This document shows, piece by piece, positions 8,766 through 21,900 of a stretch of 64,000 bases of DNA; position 1 is the stretch's first letter, and each line of letters begins with the position of its first letter. The translations under genes were made by a program, and so were the position numbers. A model generated the notes under the pieces. It made no database searches. It was given only the letters and a program-made list of their open reading frames with translations, and had not been told where the DNA came from. Origin of the DNA: an uncultured Verrucomicrobiota bacterium (GTDB lineage Bacteria > Verrucomicrobiota > Kiritimatiellia > CAIQIC01 > Lenti-01); NCBI GenBank assembly GCA_937872095.1, contig CALMNW010000070.1, positions 30,542 through 94,541 on the forward strand, given 5' to 3'.

Positions 8766-11588
8766 TCATGCCGGCTTCTCCGATGGCGCGCAGCGGGGGA
8801 GATAGATCCGGAAAACGGAGCCGCGGCCGACTTCGCTTTGCACGTCGATGAAGCCTTTGTTCTGTTTGACGATGCCGTAGACCGTGGCGAGTCCCAAACC
8901 GGTGCCTTGGCCCTTTTCTTTGGTGGTGAAGAACGGTTCAAACAGCCGTTCCCTCGTTTCGGCGTCCATGCCGCAGCCGGTATCGCTCACGGACAGCCAG
9001 GCGTAATCGCCCGGCGAACGTTCCGGATGGAGGGCCAGATCGGGTTCGGCAAAATGGGCGTGGCCCGTTTCGATGGCGATCTGGCCGTCGTTGGCGATGG
9101 CATCCCGGGCGTTGACGCACAGATTGACCAGGATTTGGTCGATCTGGGAGGGATCCATCCACACCATTTCCGGTTCCGGACTCGGGCGGCACGCCATGGC
9201 GATGTTCTCGCCGATCAGGCGCCGGACCATCGCGAGCAGCCCGGCCACGGTGGGATTCAAGTCGAGTTTCACGGGATGGATCGTTTGTTGGCGGGCGAAG
9301 GCCAGCAATTGGCGGGTGAGGTCGCCGGCCCGCTCGGCCGCCTTGCGGATTTCCTCGAGATCGGCGTAATGGGGTTGGGCGGGATCGGCATCTTGAAGCA
9401 TCAGTTCGGCGATGTTGAGGATGGCGCCGAGGACGTTGTTGAAATCGTGGGCGATGCCGCCGGCCAGGCGGCCCACCGATTCCATCTTCTGCGCCTGGAA
9501 CAACTGGGCCTGCAGTTTTTCCTGGTCTTTCTGGGCTTTTTTGCGCTCGGACAGGTCGATGAAGATTTCCAGCAGGTAATTCCGGCCTTTCAGAAAGATC
9601 GGGACGACGGTTTTGAGGATCGGCATCAGGCGGCCATCCGCGCGGATCAGCGTGCGTTCCGAGCGGTCGACCGTTTGCCCCAGGTCGCACACGGGACAAC
9701 GGTTTCCTTCGGCGGGGCACATGAAGCCATGGCAGACGCGGCCGACGATCGCGTCCGCAGGGAGCCCGATCATGGCGATCGCCGCCGCGTTGACTTGCGC
9801 GACGAGCCGGGTTTTCCGGTCCACCAGCATCAAGCCGGCCGGATTGGCGTCGAACAGCGTCGCGAACCGCGCCTGGCTTTCCCGCAACGCGTCTTCCGCC
9901 TGCTTGCGTTCGGTGATGTCCCGATCGATGCCGACGAAACCGGCGGGTTTGCCGTTTTCGTCCGCGACCAGGGAAATGACGGTGGAGGTCCAGAAGGTTT
10001 CGCCGTTCCGTTTCTTCTGGAGATGTTCGCCTTGCCAGGTGCCGCGGGCGGCGATTTCCCGGCGGAAGGCCTCTTCGTCCGGCGGATCGACCGCTCCGGC
10101 GAAATCCCGAAAAGGCTTGCCCATGACCTCGCCGGCCGAATAGCCGTACAGGATTTCGGCGCCGCGGCTCCAATAGAGGATCCGGCCGTCCAGATCCGTG
10201 GCGGTCACCGATTCCCGCACGCTGTCCAGCAACTGCGCATGAAGCCGCAGGCGTTCTTCCGTCCGCTTGCGCTCGGTGTGGTCGCGCGCGATGCCGAGGA
10301 AGACCGCGGCATGGTTGTCGTCGCCGGGGATGTACGATCCGTTCGACACGTGCCAGCGCCAGGTCCCGTCCCGGTGGCGGATGCGGTATTCGATGCCGCC
10401 GATCTTCTGGCCGCTCCGGGCCCGCTCCAGCGCGGCGCGGCAGGCCGGCAGATCGTCCGGATGGACGAATGCGGCGATGGATTTGCCGACGACGTCCCGG
10501 ACGTCGTGGCCCAGGATTTCCGGCCAGTTGGGGGAGACGTAGGCGAAGAGCCCGTCGGGCGAGAGCGTGTAGACGATGTCGTTGGCGTTTTCCACGAAGG
10601 AGCGGAAGCGCGCTTCGTTGCCGCGCACCGTTTCGTACAGGCGCTTGATTTCGTCGTTTCGATCTTGGAGTTCGCGCGTCCGGGCGGCCACTTGCCGCTT
10701 CAGCGCGAGGCTCCAGGCGAGGCTCAGCAGCCAGAAGGCGCCGGCGGCCGCCGCCGTCATCTTGAGCCAGGTCGGAATCCGGAAGCGGATTTCCTCGGCC
10801 GTCCACCGCTCGAAGGACCGATAGTAGACGGAAGCGTGGTCCTGCTTCATTTGCTTCAGGCGGCGGTCGATGGCGTCGAGGAGGGCGGAATTGCCGGACA
10901 GGGGCGCGGCGAAGTAAAGCCGCGTGGGGTGGAAGATGATGCCCGGATCCTCGATCGGGGCGTTGCGGAGATGGGCGACGCCGTAGAAGCGGTTGGCGAC
11001 CACCGCGTCGGCCTGGCCGGCGATCACGGCGGCAAACGCCGCGTCGTAATCGGGAAACGGCAGCAAGGGCGTTTCCAAATCGAACTCCTCGGCCATTTTT
11101 TCGAAGGCGGTTTGCTGGATGGATCCGGCCAGAAGCGCGATCCGCTTGCCGTCGAGATCCACCAAGGAACGGATGTCGCTGCCTTTGCGGACGAAGATCT
11201 GGAACCAACTCGACAGCACGGGTTCGGCGTGGAAGGCATAGAAGGCCTTGCGCTCGTTGCTGATCGCCACGTCGGGCATCAGGTCGATTTCCGCCGTCGC
11301 CAGGCGGTCGAGCCCTTCGGCCCAGGTGCCCTTCACGTATTCGAGCCGCCAGCCTTCCTGCGCCGCGATGGCGGCGAGCAGATCGACGAAGATGCCGGCG
11401 GGTTGTCCGGATTCGGACCAGCCCACCTTGGGCATGTTCTGGTAGAGGCCCACGCGCACGATCGCTCCGCGCGGTTCCGCGCGGGCGGCGCAGGACAAAG
11501 CCAGCGCAACCCACAGGAAAATCGCGGTTCCGCGCGCGATGCGGTGCCGTTTCGGGGCGCTGTAGCCTGCGGGCATCGGAAAGATCAT
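8766..11588 (-). CDS. Sensor histidine kinase: signal peptide, periplasmic family-3 solute-binding (SBP_bac_3-like) domain, TM, 3 PAS, HisKA, HATPase_c; no receiver domain
   Basis: The 940-aa ORF has an SBP-like N-terminus ([15 protein letters not shown]...[16 protein letters not shown]...[17 protein letters not shown]), an H-box ([10 protein letters not shown]) and G-boxes (DTGCGMD, GTGLGLA). Confidence 0.9.
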   Translation of the reverse strand: MIFPMPAGYSAPKRHRIARGTAIFLWVALALSCAARAEPRGAIVRVGLYQNMPKVGWSESGQPAGIFVDLLAAIAAQEGWRLEYVKGTWAEGLDRLATAEIDLMPDVAISNERKAFYAFHAEPVLSSWFQIFVRKGSDIRSLVDLDGKRIALLAGSIQQTAFEKMAEEFDLETPLLPFPDYDAAFAAVIAGQADAVVANRFYGVAHLRNAPIEDPGIIFHPTRLYFAAPLSGNSALLDAIDRRLKQMKQDHASVYYRSFERWTAEEIRFRIPTWLKMTAAAAGAFWLLSLAWSLALKRQVAARTRELQDRNDEIKRLYETVRGNEARFRSFVENANDIVYTLSPDGLFAYVSPNWPEILGHDVRDVVGKSIAAFVHPDDLPACRAALERARSGQKIGGIEYRIRHRDGTWRWHVSNGSYIPGDDNHAAVFLGIARDHTERKRTEERLRLHAQLLDSVRESVTATDLDGRILYWSRGAEILYGYSAGEVMGKPFRDFAGAVDPPDEEAFRREIAARGTWQGEHLQKKRNGETFWTSTVISLVADENGKPAGFVGIDRDITERKQAEDALRESQARFATLFDANPAGLMLVDRKTRLVAQVNAAAIAMIGLPADAIVGRVCHGFMCPAEGNRCPVCDLGQTVDRSERTLIRADGRLMPILKTVVPIFLKGRNYLLEIFIDLSERKKAQKDQEKLQAQLFQAQKMESVGRLAGGIAHDFNNVLGAILNIAELMLQDADPAQPHYADLEEIRKAAERAGDLTRQLLAFARQQTIHPVKLDLNPTVAGLLAMVRRLIGENIAMACRPSPEPEMVWMDPSQIDQILVNLCVNARDAIANDGQIAIETGHAHFAEPDLALHPERSPGDYAWLSVSDTGCGMDAETRERLFEPFFTTKEKGQGTGLGLATVYGIVKQNKGFIDVQSEVGRGSVFRIYLPRCAPSEKPA

Positions 11589-11670
11589 CCTCTCCTCGGA
11601 GAGAAAGCCTACCGGATGCGCCGGGGGAGCGCAAGCGTCCCGGGCGTTTTGTTTCGTTGCCGCGAAACGG

Positions 11671-12468
11671 CTATTTCACGGCCGACCGGAGAAGCTGGAG
11701 AACGGCTTCGTCGGCATGGGCGATTTCCTCGAGCAGGCCTTGCTGCAAGGCGACGTTTTCCTCGGTCTGCTCGGGTTCCGTCCGGAGCCAGTCGTCCAGC
11801 TTCTGGCGAGCGAGTTGCTGGGCTTCGCGGGCGGCATCCAGTTCCGCCTGCTGATCATCGGTCATGGTTTCCCGGAGCGCGGCGACGGATTTATCCGAGG
11901 CGAGCAGGATTTCTTCCAGCGCGGCGATGAAGCGTTCCGGGGTGGCGTCGCGGGAAGCCCCGGTCTGCCCGAGGCGGGTCTGGCCATCGGCATCGAGCAA
12001 GACGAAGGTCGGAAATCCGCCCACCTCGAAGGCTTGGGCCAGTTTCGTGTTCCGTTCGACGAATTTCTCCGGAACCAAGGCCTTTTCCCGCGGGAAATCG
12101 ATCCAAACGAGGACGAAGTGCTCTTTCGCATAGGTTTTCCAAGCTTCTTGCGAAAACACCTGCTTGTCCATCATGCGGCACCAGCCGCACCAGTCGCTGC
12201 CGGTGAAGTTCAGAAGCAGGGGCAGGCCCGTTTCGGCCGCGAGCGCCTTGGCCGCTTCGAAATCCATCGTCCATTCGCCGGGTCGGGCCCCCTCGATCGC
12301 GGCCTTGTAGTCGATCTGGGGTGTCGGCGTGGCGGGGGCTTCCGCCGGCGGGGCGGCCTCCGGCGCTTGGACGGGCGGAACCTTTTCCCGCGTAAAAAGG
12401 ACAAAAGCGGCCCATATCGCCGCCAGCGTTGCGGCCAGCAAGCCGATTCCAATGATTTTCCGGTTCAT
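11671..12468 (-). CDS. Membrane-anchored thioredoxin-fold (thioredoxin_7/DUF255-like) thiol:disulfide oxidoreductase
   Basis: The 265-aa ORF has an N-terminal TM helix and an SDWCGWC CxxC motif in a thioredoxin-like context. An AGGAA Shine-Dalgarno lies 8 nt before the ATG. Confidence 0.8.
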   Translation of the reverse strand: MNRKIIGIGLLAATLAAIWAAFVLFTREKVPPVQAPEAAPPAEAPATPTPQIDYKAAIEGARPGEWTMDFEAAKALAAETGLPLLLNFTGSDWCGWCRMMDKQVFSQEAWKTYAKEHFVLVWIDFPREKALVPEKFVERNTKLAQAFEVGGFPTFVLLDADGQTRLGQTGASRDATPERFIAALEEILLASDKSVAALRETMTDDQQAELDAAREAQQLARQKLDDWLRTEPEQTEENVALQQGLLEEIAHADEAVLQLLRSAVK

Positions 12469-12623
12469 GGGGCTTTTCCTTTAATATAAACTGAATGTTG
12501 GCATATCCTAAGTGAACCATGCTACTTCGAGGTGAGGATGGTGTCAACCGGCCACGGAAAGAGAGCCGGCCGGCAAAAATACGAAGAAAACAGGAAAATA
12601 AGCGATTCGATGCGTTGATTTCT

Positions 12624-12719
12624 GAAAATATTCGCAAAAAAATGTAAAAACATGCCAAAACGAAGCCGAATTTGCCGAAAAATCAAAAATATTCGCATAA
12701 AACAGTGAAAATATCCGAA
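12624..12719. repeat. Three direct copies of GAAAATATYCG(C/A)A (12624-12636, 12686-12697, 12707-12719) in the divergent promoter region
   Basis: Read directly from the sequence. They are candidate operator sites for a regulator of the giant gene. Confidence 0.4.
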
Positions 12720-12857
12720 TTTTCGATTCGTTTTGGATGAAAAAATCGAAAAATCAGGCCGAAACATGAAAAACGACCTGGAAGACCAATCAAAACGGCT
12801 CCGGAGGAGGTCGGCGCGGAGTTAACGTGATTTTAATGACCTTCAATTTGCATGTTG

Positions 12858-12885
12858 TTGACTCGACTTCTCAATATTGTACATT
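12858..12885 (+). promoter_or_regulatory. Candidate sigma70-type promoter: TTGACT, a 16-nt spacer, then TACATT, about 110 nt upstream of the giant gene
   Basis: Hexamer matching only; weak evidence. Confidence 0.2.
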
Positions 12886-12937
12886 TATTGATAATTAATG
12901 GTGAGAATTTAGCTGGAAAACCGTTTTCCCGGCTGCG

Positions 12938-12946
12938 TTTTTTTTA
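12938..12946 (+). repeat. T9 homopolymer tract in the 5' leader of the giant gene, preceded by a short GGAAAAC/GTTTTCC inverted repeat
   Basis: Read from the sequence. A homopolymer of this length is unusual in a 68% GC genome. Confidence 0.5.
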
Positions 12947-12993
12947 TTCGCGTGATTTAACCGATCGAAAGAAGAATCGCCAACTGGAATCGG

Positions 12994-15900
12994 ATGAAAA
13001 AGCGGATCACTAAAAGGAGCGGAGTTTTCACGGCATCGTTCCTGTTGGCATGGTCGTCTTTGCCGGCCTGGGCCGCGAACCCCGACGGCGACCTGCGCAT
13101 CGAGGTGGCGTCCGCCTACAACTTCGTGGTCGATTCCAACGTGGAGTCGCCCTCGACCTACGCGCCGCGCGCGGCGTACCTGAGCGCGACGTTCTACAAC
13201 GACGGGACGAACGCGTTGACCAACGTCTGGGCGTACATCGGCGACTACACCAACGGCACGCCGGGGACGTATCCGAGCCGCGCCCAGGCGCCGTACATCG
13301 GTCCGTTGCCGGGCGACGCCTTTGCGCTGACGCATGAAGGCGGGGCGGCGGGCGCCACGGACGCCACGCGCTATCTCGGCACGATCCTGCCGGGCGAGAG
13401 CAAGACGGTGTACTGGCTGGTGAGCTATCCGAACGTCGACGAGGACGGGAAAACAGTGACGGGCGGGATCAAGCCGGACGACGACTTGTGGCTGCAATAC
13501 GGCATCTGGGGCACCGCGCTGGATGCGGGAACGCCGCTGGAGGCCGACGTGACGCGCACGGTGACGATGCGCAACGAAATCTCGGCGATGGCCAACAAGA
13601 TCTTTCCGAACGGAGCCAACAAGGTGCCGCAGGAATACCAGGATCTCCTGGAACTTTACCAGCCGTCCTGGACGAACACGGCCGACGACGGTTCGCCGGG
13701 CACCGTGATCGCGACCGAAGGCGTCTGGTACGATTTGGGCAACGTGGGGGCGGGGTTCGACAACGACGGCGATTTGATCCCCGACCGCAACGCGTGGCTC
13801 CAGCCGGTGGGCGACGCGGCTTTGTTCGATTCTTCGTGTTTCCGGCTCGTGCACACCTACGCGCTGGTGATCGTGAAGCTGAACGACGGGACCGAGACGA
13901 TCTACAACGTCGAGGACCAGCTCTACTTCGAGAACGTCCCGGAAAACAACCGCGGGGCGGTCGGCTACGTGCGCTACGAGTTCATGGCCATGCGCGGCGG
14001 CTGTTCGAGCGCTCTGACCCCGTACCAGGAGGTGGCGTCGGGTTTCGACAACGAGAAGTTCAACGGCGATTACGGGGCCTATTTGGGCCAGGGATTGACC
14101 AGCCTGGAAGCCCACATGTCGGTCGCCAAAAGCGTGGATCATCCGTTCATCGCGCCCGGGGAAACCCTGTCCTACACCATCGCCTTCACGAATCCCGGGC
14201 CGGTGTCGGTGGGCGATCCCGATGCGAACGCCGGGCTGGTCATCCGCGAGCATATTCCCCACGGGACGCTGTACGTCGGCCTCAGCTCGACCGCCAGCAA
14301 TACCTTGCCGGGCGGCGTCGGCGCCTACACGATGCTGTATTCGACCAACAACGGCGCGACTTGGCAGGGCACCGAGCCGGCCGATCCCGCGACCGTCACC
14401 GACGTCCAGTGGTGGCTGAGCGATCCGCTCGCGACCAACGTGGCCGGATCGGTGAAAATGCAGGTGACGGTCCAGACGCCCTTTACGAACGCACCGTTCA
14501 TCACGAACCAGGCCTGCGCCACGATCGCCGGCGAGGGCGAACTCGCCTGCGGCGAGACCACCACGTACGTCTCCGGCACCAACCGGCTGGGCGATCTGGT
14601 GTGGGCGGACAACGGCGCCGGCGGAGGACTGCTGGGCAACCAGATCCAGGACGGGACCGAGCCGGGACTGTCCAACGTCACCGTCTGGCTTTTCTACGAC
14701 GCCAACACCAACGGGCTGTACGATGCCGGGGATCTGTACTACGGCTCGAACGTCACGAGCGCGTCCGGCGCCTATCTGTTCACGAATCTGCCCGACGGCA
14801 AATTCGTGGCCCGCGTGGATGCCTGGGATCCGGACCTGCCTCTCGGCTACACGCCGACGACCGCCACGAACGTCGCCGCCGACCTCGATTCCGCCCACGC
14901 GACCACGAACACGATCTCGTTCCTGGCCGCCGACTTCGGCTTCGCGCCGGCGCTGTCGCTGAAGAAAACCCTGACGAGCACCAACGCCTTCCGCGAGGGG
15001 CAGTACGTCACGTACAGCCTGGCCGTTTCCAACAACCTGCCGGGCAACGGCACCGGCGGAGGGTCGCTGGCGACCTATTACGCTTGGGCGACCAACGGAG
15101 TGACCGGAGCGGAATGGCTGTCGTCTACGAACGCCTACGTTCCGCCGGGGCCGGACGGGCTGTACGCTTCCAACAACTTCAAGGCGGCCTCGAAGACCTT
15201 TGTTCTGGACCGGTTCCCGCTGGGCGCGCAGCCGGGCGGCATCAGCAACGTGTCGGTGGTGATGCCCATCGTGGTCGTGCCGCTCCTGCTCAATCCCGAC
15301 ACGTTCGACGTGCACGTCGACCAGCTGTCGCCGGCGCAGCGGATCTTCACGGGCAATTACATGGCCACGAATCTGGTCACCGGCACCATGACCATTCCCA
15401 TGACGGGCACCTTCGCCTGGGCGTGGGCCGACTTCGCCACGAACTACACGGTGACGCTGACCTGCGCGAAAGGCGGCGGGGTGGGCGGCTCGATCTGGCT
15501 GCTGCTGGACGCGGTGGGGTTCAAGATCCAGAGCACCGCGACGACCGGGGTGGGCAGCGCGACCACGACGCTGAAGCCGGTGCCGCTGACGGACTGCTAC
15601 GACGCGGACCAGTTCCAGTTCGTCGGCGCGGTTCCGCCGCAAACCGGCAGCTTGACCAACGGCACGGCGCCGAACGCGACGGGCACCTTGTACTGGGCCG
15701 ACCTGGGGCCGATCTATCCGGGCGGGACCTCGACGGTGGCGGTGACTTTCAAGTTGCTGAAACCGACCGGCAACACGAACAGCGTCGTGACGAACGTCGC
15801 GTGGGCGACGAACGCGCTGTTCCTCGGCGGCAAGCCCGCCAACAACGCCACCAGCCTCGTGGTCAGTACGCAGCTTCCGGCGGCGACGGTGGGCGACTAC

Positions 15901-18900
15901 GTCTGGCGCGACCTGAACGCCGACGGCGTCCAGAACGAAACGAACATGGGCATCTCGGGCGTGGCCGTTTCCCTCACGCCACCGGCCACCATCGATCTGG
16001 GGAACGGTCTGGGCGCGGCGATCACGAACTGGACGGATGCCTCGGGCTACTATCTGTTCGAATCGATCCCGGCGACGGGCGTCTACACGGTGCGGGTGGT
16101 GACGGCCACGCTGCCGGGCGGGTCCGGGACCAACACCTTCGACGAAGACGGGGTGCGGGACAACGCGCACGCCGTCTATCTGGACATCTATTCCGCGCCC
16201 GCCAGCACCAACAACGTGCACTTGACGACGGACTTCGGCTACCAGACGGGCACGACCATCGAAGGCACGATCTGGCACGACGTCGACCACGGCATGGAGA
16301 CGAACCGCGAGGCGGGCGAGGACTGGCTGACGAACGTGACGGTCTATCTGTGCGCGAGTCCCTCGCCCTGCGGTCCGGGCGCGTCGCTGGCAACGAACGT
16401 CGCGACCACGAACGGCTACTTCCGCTTCGTCGGCAGCTACACGGGCACCTACACCGTGATGGTGGCGACCAACACGGGCATGCTGTCGACAGGCACGTGG
16501 AACCTGTCGTGGGACACGGACGGGACCAACACGGCGAACTATTCCTCCGTGACGGTGGTGAGCGGCGGCGTGGCGCGCGCGGACTTCAGCTATTGGCGGA
16601 CGGGACCCTACGCGATCGGCGACACGCTGTTCTACGACTGGGACGGCAACGGGACGCAGACGGCCACCAACGAGGAGGGCATCGCCAACGTCACGGTCTA
16701 CCTCTACGAGGACGCCAACGGCAATGGCGTGGTGGACGTCGCGACGGATGCGCTGGCCGGCATCACGGTCACGGCGACGAACGGCTATTATTCCTTCACC
16801 AACCTGTTCGCGACGAACACCTACCTGGTCGTCGTGGACCGGAACGATCCGGACCTGCCGCCGCTCTACAACGTCACCGCGGATCCCTGGGGGGCGAAGG
16901 ACGGGCGCAGCGTGGTCACGATCACCAACGCCAACGACTTCGCGCAGGACTTCGGCTTCCAGCCCTACGGCACCGGCGCCATCGGCGACACGGTCTGGCG
17001 GGACCTGAACGCGGACGGCCTCCAGTCCGGCGTGCAGGAAACCGGCATCGCGAACGTCCTGGTCAGCCTCTACGCGGACCTGAACGGCGACGGCACGTAC
17101 GTGCTGCTGAAGACCACGAACACCGGTTCGTCGGGCACCTACCTGTTCGGCTCGCTGCCGGACGGGAATTACCGGGTGGTGGTGGATGCGGCCGACGCCG
17201 CCCTGCCGCAGGACGCCTTCGGCAACGTCTACTATGCCAGCACGGCCACCTCGCACGACGTGACGATCAGCGGCGGCAGCACTTATCTGGACGCCGATTT
17301 CGGCTTCGCGCCCTACGCCGCGATCGGCGACACGATCTTCTGGGACGCCAACCGCAACGGCACGCAGGACTACTCCGAAGAGGGCGTCTCCGGCGTGGTG
17401 GTCCGGCTGTATGTCGACGCCAACGCCAACGGATTCTATGACGCCGGCGAAACGCTGGCCGCCAGCCGGACCACGGACGTCAACGGGCTGTATCTGTTCG
17501 CCGGGCTGGCACCAAGCAACTACGTGGTTGTGGTGGACGGGGCCAGCGGTCCGCTGGCGGGGGCGTTCCTTTCCGCCGATCCGGATTCCAACGGACTGCC
17601 CTGCGAAGATCTCGACGTGCCGCAGCCGTGCGACGGCGAACACGGCCGGTCTCTGGTCAACGGCCAAAACTACATGGGCGCCGACTTCGGCTATATTCCG
17701 CCCGGCGCGGTCATCGGCGACACGCTGTGGATCGATACGGACGACGACGGCGTCCGCGACGACAACGAGAGCGGCATCGCCTACGTGTCCGTGGTGCTTT
17801 GGTCCAACGGCGTCGCGATCGCCACGAACGAGACCGACGGCGACGGGTGGTATTACTTCAGCAACCTCGGCGACGGTACTTTCCAAGTATCCGTCGTCGG
17901 CAGCGATCCGGACTTCCCGCCGGGCTTGACCCAGACCTACGATCCCGACGGCAATCTCGACGGCGTCGGCACCAATATCGTGGTGTCCGGCGGCGCGGTG
18001 ACGTCCGTCGGGGGCGTGCCCTGCACGGACTGCGACTTCTCGATCGATTTCGGCTACCGCTACGCGGGCAACAACAGCCTGAGCGGCACGATCGGCTTCG
18101 ATGCGACGCCCTACGACGGCGTGCTGAACGGCACGAACTGGAACGGCGTGGCGGCCGACGAGGTGGCCTACGCGAACGTCCAGGTCTATCTCTATCTCTG
18201 GAACGACGACGGCGACGGCATCGTCGAGGCCGGCGAATACGTCCAGGTGTCCACGACGACCACGTCCACCAACGGCGATTATGCGTTCACGGGCCTGCCC
18301 AACGGCGACGGCGACGACCAATACGTCGTGGCCAGCCTCGCGCCGGAAGACTACCTGAAACTCACTACCACCAATGGGTCCATCGCCGGGGTGGGGGTGG
18401 TCGAGACCGCGAACGCGCAGGGCAACACGGTGTCGGCCTATCTGACGGTCGCCATCGCGCCGGAAATCAACGGCATGGATTTCGCCTATCGCTCGACCAA
18501 GGTGTACGATTACGGCGACCTGCCCCAAAGCTACCAGACGGAGTTTCCCGGCGGCGCGCGGCACATGGTGACCTACCTGACGAACCTCTATCTCGGCGCC
18601 GCGGTCGACGTCGAACTCAACGGCGTGCCCTCGTCGCTGGCGGACGGCGACGACCTCGCCGGCGGGGACGACGAGGACGGCGTGGACCTGATCGGCCGCT
18701 GGGCGCCGGGGGTGGACGGCGGCACCGTGGAGGTGACGGTGGGCAAGGGCACCGGCTGGCTGCTGGGCTTCATCGATTTCAACGGCGACGGCGATTTCAA
18801 CGACGCCGGAGACTTGGCCGTGAACCAAGCCGTGGCCACCAATGGCGGTCCGGGCCTCGACGGCGTCTACGAGATCCCGCTGGCCGTTCCGGCGGGCAGC

Positions 18901-21900
18901 CTGAGCACGACGAACAGCACCGTGCTCTACGCGCGGTTCCGCCTGTTCCCCAGCGCGCCGTTCCTGCCGCAACTGGCCTATTCCGGCACGGCGGACAACG
19001 GCGAGGTCGAGGACTACCGCTGGATTCTGCACGTCATCGGCGGAACCGTTTTCGCGGATGCCGACGCGGATTCCCTCTTCTCCGGCGGCGACACGATCAT
19101 CCCGGGCACGGTCGTGCATCTCTACGACGGCCTGGGCGCCCTGATCGAATCGACGGTGACGGACCTTTCCGGAAACTACGCGTTCGTCGGCCTGCCGGAC
19201 GGGAACTACCGCGTCGAGATGGAGACGCCGGCCGGCACCGCCGCCATCCTCGACCGGGATGGCAACGGCAACGGCGCGACGAACATCGCGGTGACCGTGG
19301 CGGGCGACAGCGTGTTCACGCGGGATTTCCTGGTGGACAACGGCGCGTCCTTGGCTGCGATCAGCGGCACGGTGTTCGAGGACGACGGCTACGGCGTCGT
19401 GGGCGACGGCGCCTTCAACGCGCCCGACCGGCCCGTGCCCGGCACGACCGTTTCGCTCTACCGCGACATCGACGGCGACGGCGTGGCCGATCTGAACGAG
19501 TGGATGGCCGACGTCGTCGCGGACGTCGGCGGCGCCTACGCCTTCGCCAACCTGCCGCCCGGCGATTACCTCGTCGTCATGACCACGCCCGCCGGCGCCA
19601 CCAGCATCACCGACGTGGATGGCAACGGCAACGGTTCCGCGCTGATCGAAGTGCCGCTGGCCGGCGTGGACGTGACCGACCGGGATTTCCTGGTGGACGG
19701 CGCGCCGCCGGCCGCCCTGAGCGGTCTGATTTGGTTCGACGCCAACGACAACGGCATCCGCGCGGGATCGGAAACCAACCGGTTCGCGAACATTCCGGTC
19801 TATCTGCTCGACGTCGATTCCAACGTCGTGGCGGCGGTCACGACCGGCGTGAGCGGCGCGTATGCCTTCACCAATCTGGCGCCCGCGAACTATTTCGTGC
19901 GTTTCGATTTGGCGGCGCTCAGCACCAACGACTATCGCATCGCCTCGCCCTACCAGGGGACCAACACCACCCTCGACAGCGATGTGATCCAGGGACAGGT
20001 GGGCGACAACGCCCAAACCGCCGTGCTGCTGCTGAGCGTCGGCCAAAACCAGGAAAACGTCGACTTGGGCTTGACGCCGCCGCCGCCGACCTGGGCCGCC
20101 GTGGCCGATGTCTGGGGCGAATGGACGGAGGGCGAGGGCCGAGTGGTTTGGCACACGAGTTCCGAATTCGGCACGGCCGGCTTCTTCGTCTATCGCGTCG
20201 ATCCGGAGACGGGGGCGGAAACGCGCCTGAACGACGTGCTGGTGCCGTCGGCATTCGAACCGTCCGGTTCCATCTATTGGCTCGCGGATCCGGACGCCGC
20301 GGAAGGCGGCGACGGGACCTACCGGCTGGAAGAAGTGGAACTGTCGGGCCAAGTCATCGACGTCGGCATGCAGGAAATCCGCTTCGCCGCGCCGCCGCCG
20401 GCGGCGAAGGCGGCCCGGGCGGAAATCCGGGCGGCCAAGGCCGTCGCGCCGGTCACGTACGCCGCGGCCAAACTGGCTGGCCCATCGAGCGTGCTCAAGG
20501 TGTCGTTCCGGGACGAAGGCATCTACGGGATCGGCCTGCAAGCCATCGCCGACGGCATGGGCCTGGCGTTGGCGGACGTGCAGGCGCTGGCCGCAGCGGA
20601 TGGACTGCGAATTTCGGCCCAAGGCGCGGCGGTCCCGGCAATCTACGACGCGGCGCGCGCGCGGCTGGTCTTCTGCGGCCAGGCGACGGACAACTGGTAT
20701 GCGCGCGACAACGCCTGCCTGATTTCGCAGGCTTCCGGCGCGGCGATGCCCCGGCGCGAGCCGGGCGCTTCGTCGGGCGGCACGGTTTTTCCGGTGCAGG
20801 TTCGTTTCGAGCAGGACCGCTATCCGTTCGACAGCGCGCTGATCAAGCCCGACGACTTCTATTACTGGGACTACGTGATCAGCGGCACGAATGCCGCCTC
20901 GCTGCGCAGTTTCCCGCTGGATTTGGCCGGCCGCACCGGCAACGTGGTCCTGAAGATCCGGCTGATGGGCTGGTCGAGCACGACCAACGATCCGGACCAT
21001 CTGGCGGAAATCCGCTTCAACGGAACGACGGTGGGATCGGTCGCCTTCGACGGGCAAGACGCGGTCGAAGCCGAGGTGACGATTCCGTTGGCCGCGGTCT
21101 CGAACGGCGCGAACGTGGTGGCGGTGAAAGGCGTGTTGCCCGAAGGCCGCAGCCACAGCTACTTCGTGGTGGATTGGATCGAAGCGTCCTTTGAACGCGA
21201 TCTGGCGCCGATGAACGGGACGGCGGACTTCCGCGCGGGCACCGCCGCGGCCGTATCCGCCGCGGCGTTCGCCGCGCCGCTGGCCATGGCGTTGGACGCG
21301 GCCGGGAATCCGACGTGGATCGCCGACGAGACCGGAACGCTCCCCGCCAAGGCGTGGGCCGTGGCTGCCGAGAACGAACGTTTCGCGGTCGCGGAAGCGG
21401 ATGGCATTCCGCTGCTTGCGCCCGAGCCGGTCAATGCCGCCCCGTGGTTCCTGGCGGCAACCAACCGGATCGACTATCTGGTCGTCGCTTCGCGCGCGCT
21501 GGCCGCCGCGGCGCAGGAATTGGCGGATTATCGCGCGAGCCAGGGGTTGCGCGTGGGCGTGGCGACGTTCGAGGACGTCTGCGATTGGATGGCGGCCGGC
21601 CTGTATACGCCCGAAGCGATTCCGGCCTTGCTTTCGTACGCCGCCGGCACGTGGGCGGAAGCGCCTTGGATGGTGGTGCTGGCGGGCAACGGGCACTACG
21701 ACTATCTCGGCGCGCTGAGCAACGAGGTCAACCACGTCCCGCCCATGATGCTGCAAACGCTGGATGGACTTTTCGCCTCCGACGGACTGCTGGCGGACCT
21801 CGACGGCGACGAGCTGCCCGATGTTGCCATCGGCCGCCTGCCCGCGCTGACCGCCGCGGATCTCGCCGCCATGATCGCCAAGATCAAGGCCAGCGAACTC

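Larger units (their letters stand above)
12469..12993. promoter_or_regulatory. AT-rich (~40% GC versus ~68% around it) divergent promoter region between the thioredoxin-like gene (-) and the giant surface-protein gene (+)
   Basis: The compositional trough is visible in the sequence. The region contains repeated A-rich motifs, a T9 tract and sigma70-like hexamers. Confidence 0.5.

Noticed and set aside
3919-11930. Multiple long ORFs (3919..6837 +, 5804..7417 -, 6928..8640 +, 8682..11930 +, 8938..11634 -) overlapping the three sensor-kinase genes
   Set aside because: All are off-frame or antisense to ORFs with clear PAS/HisKA/HATPase/receiver motifs. Their products are RG/PA-rich with no motifs.
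12522-12767. 81-aa minus-strand ORF in the AT-rich intergenic island
   Set aside because: It lies in a non-coding-looking repeat/promoter region and its composition is unlike the genome's coding regions. It is more likely regulatory DNA.
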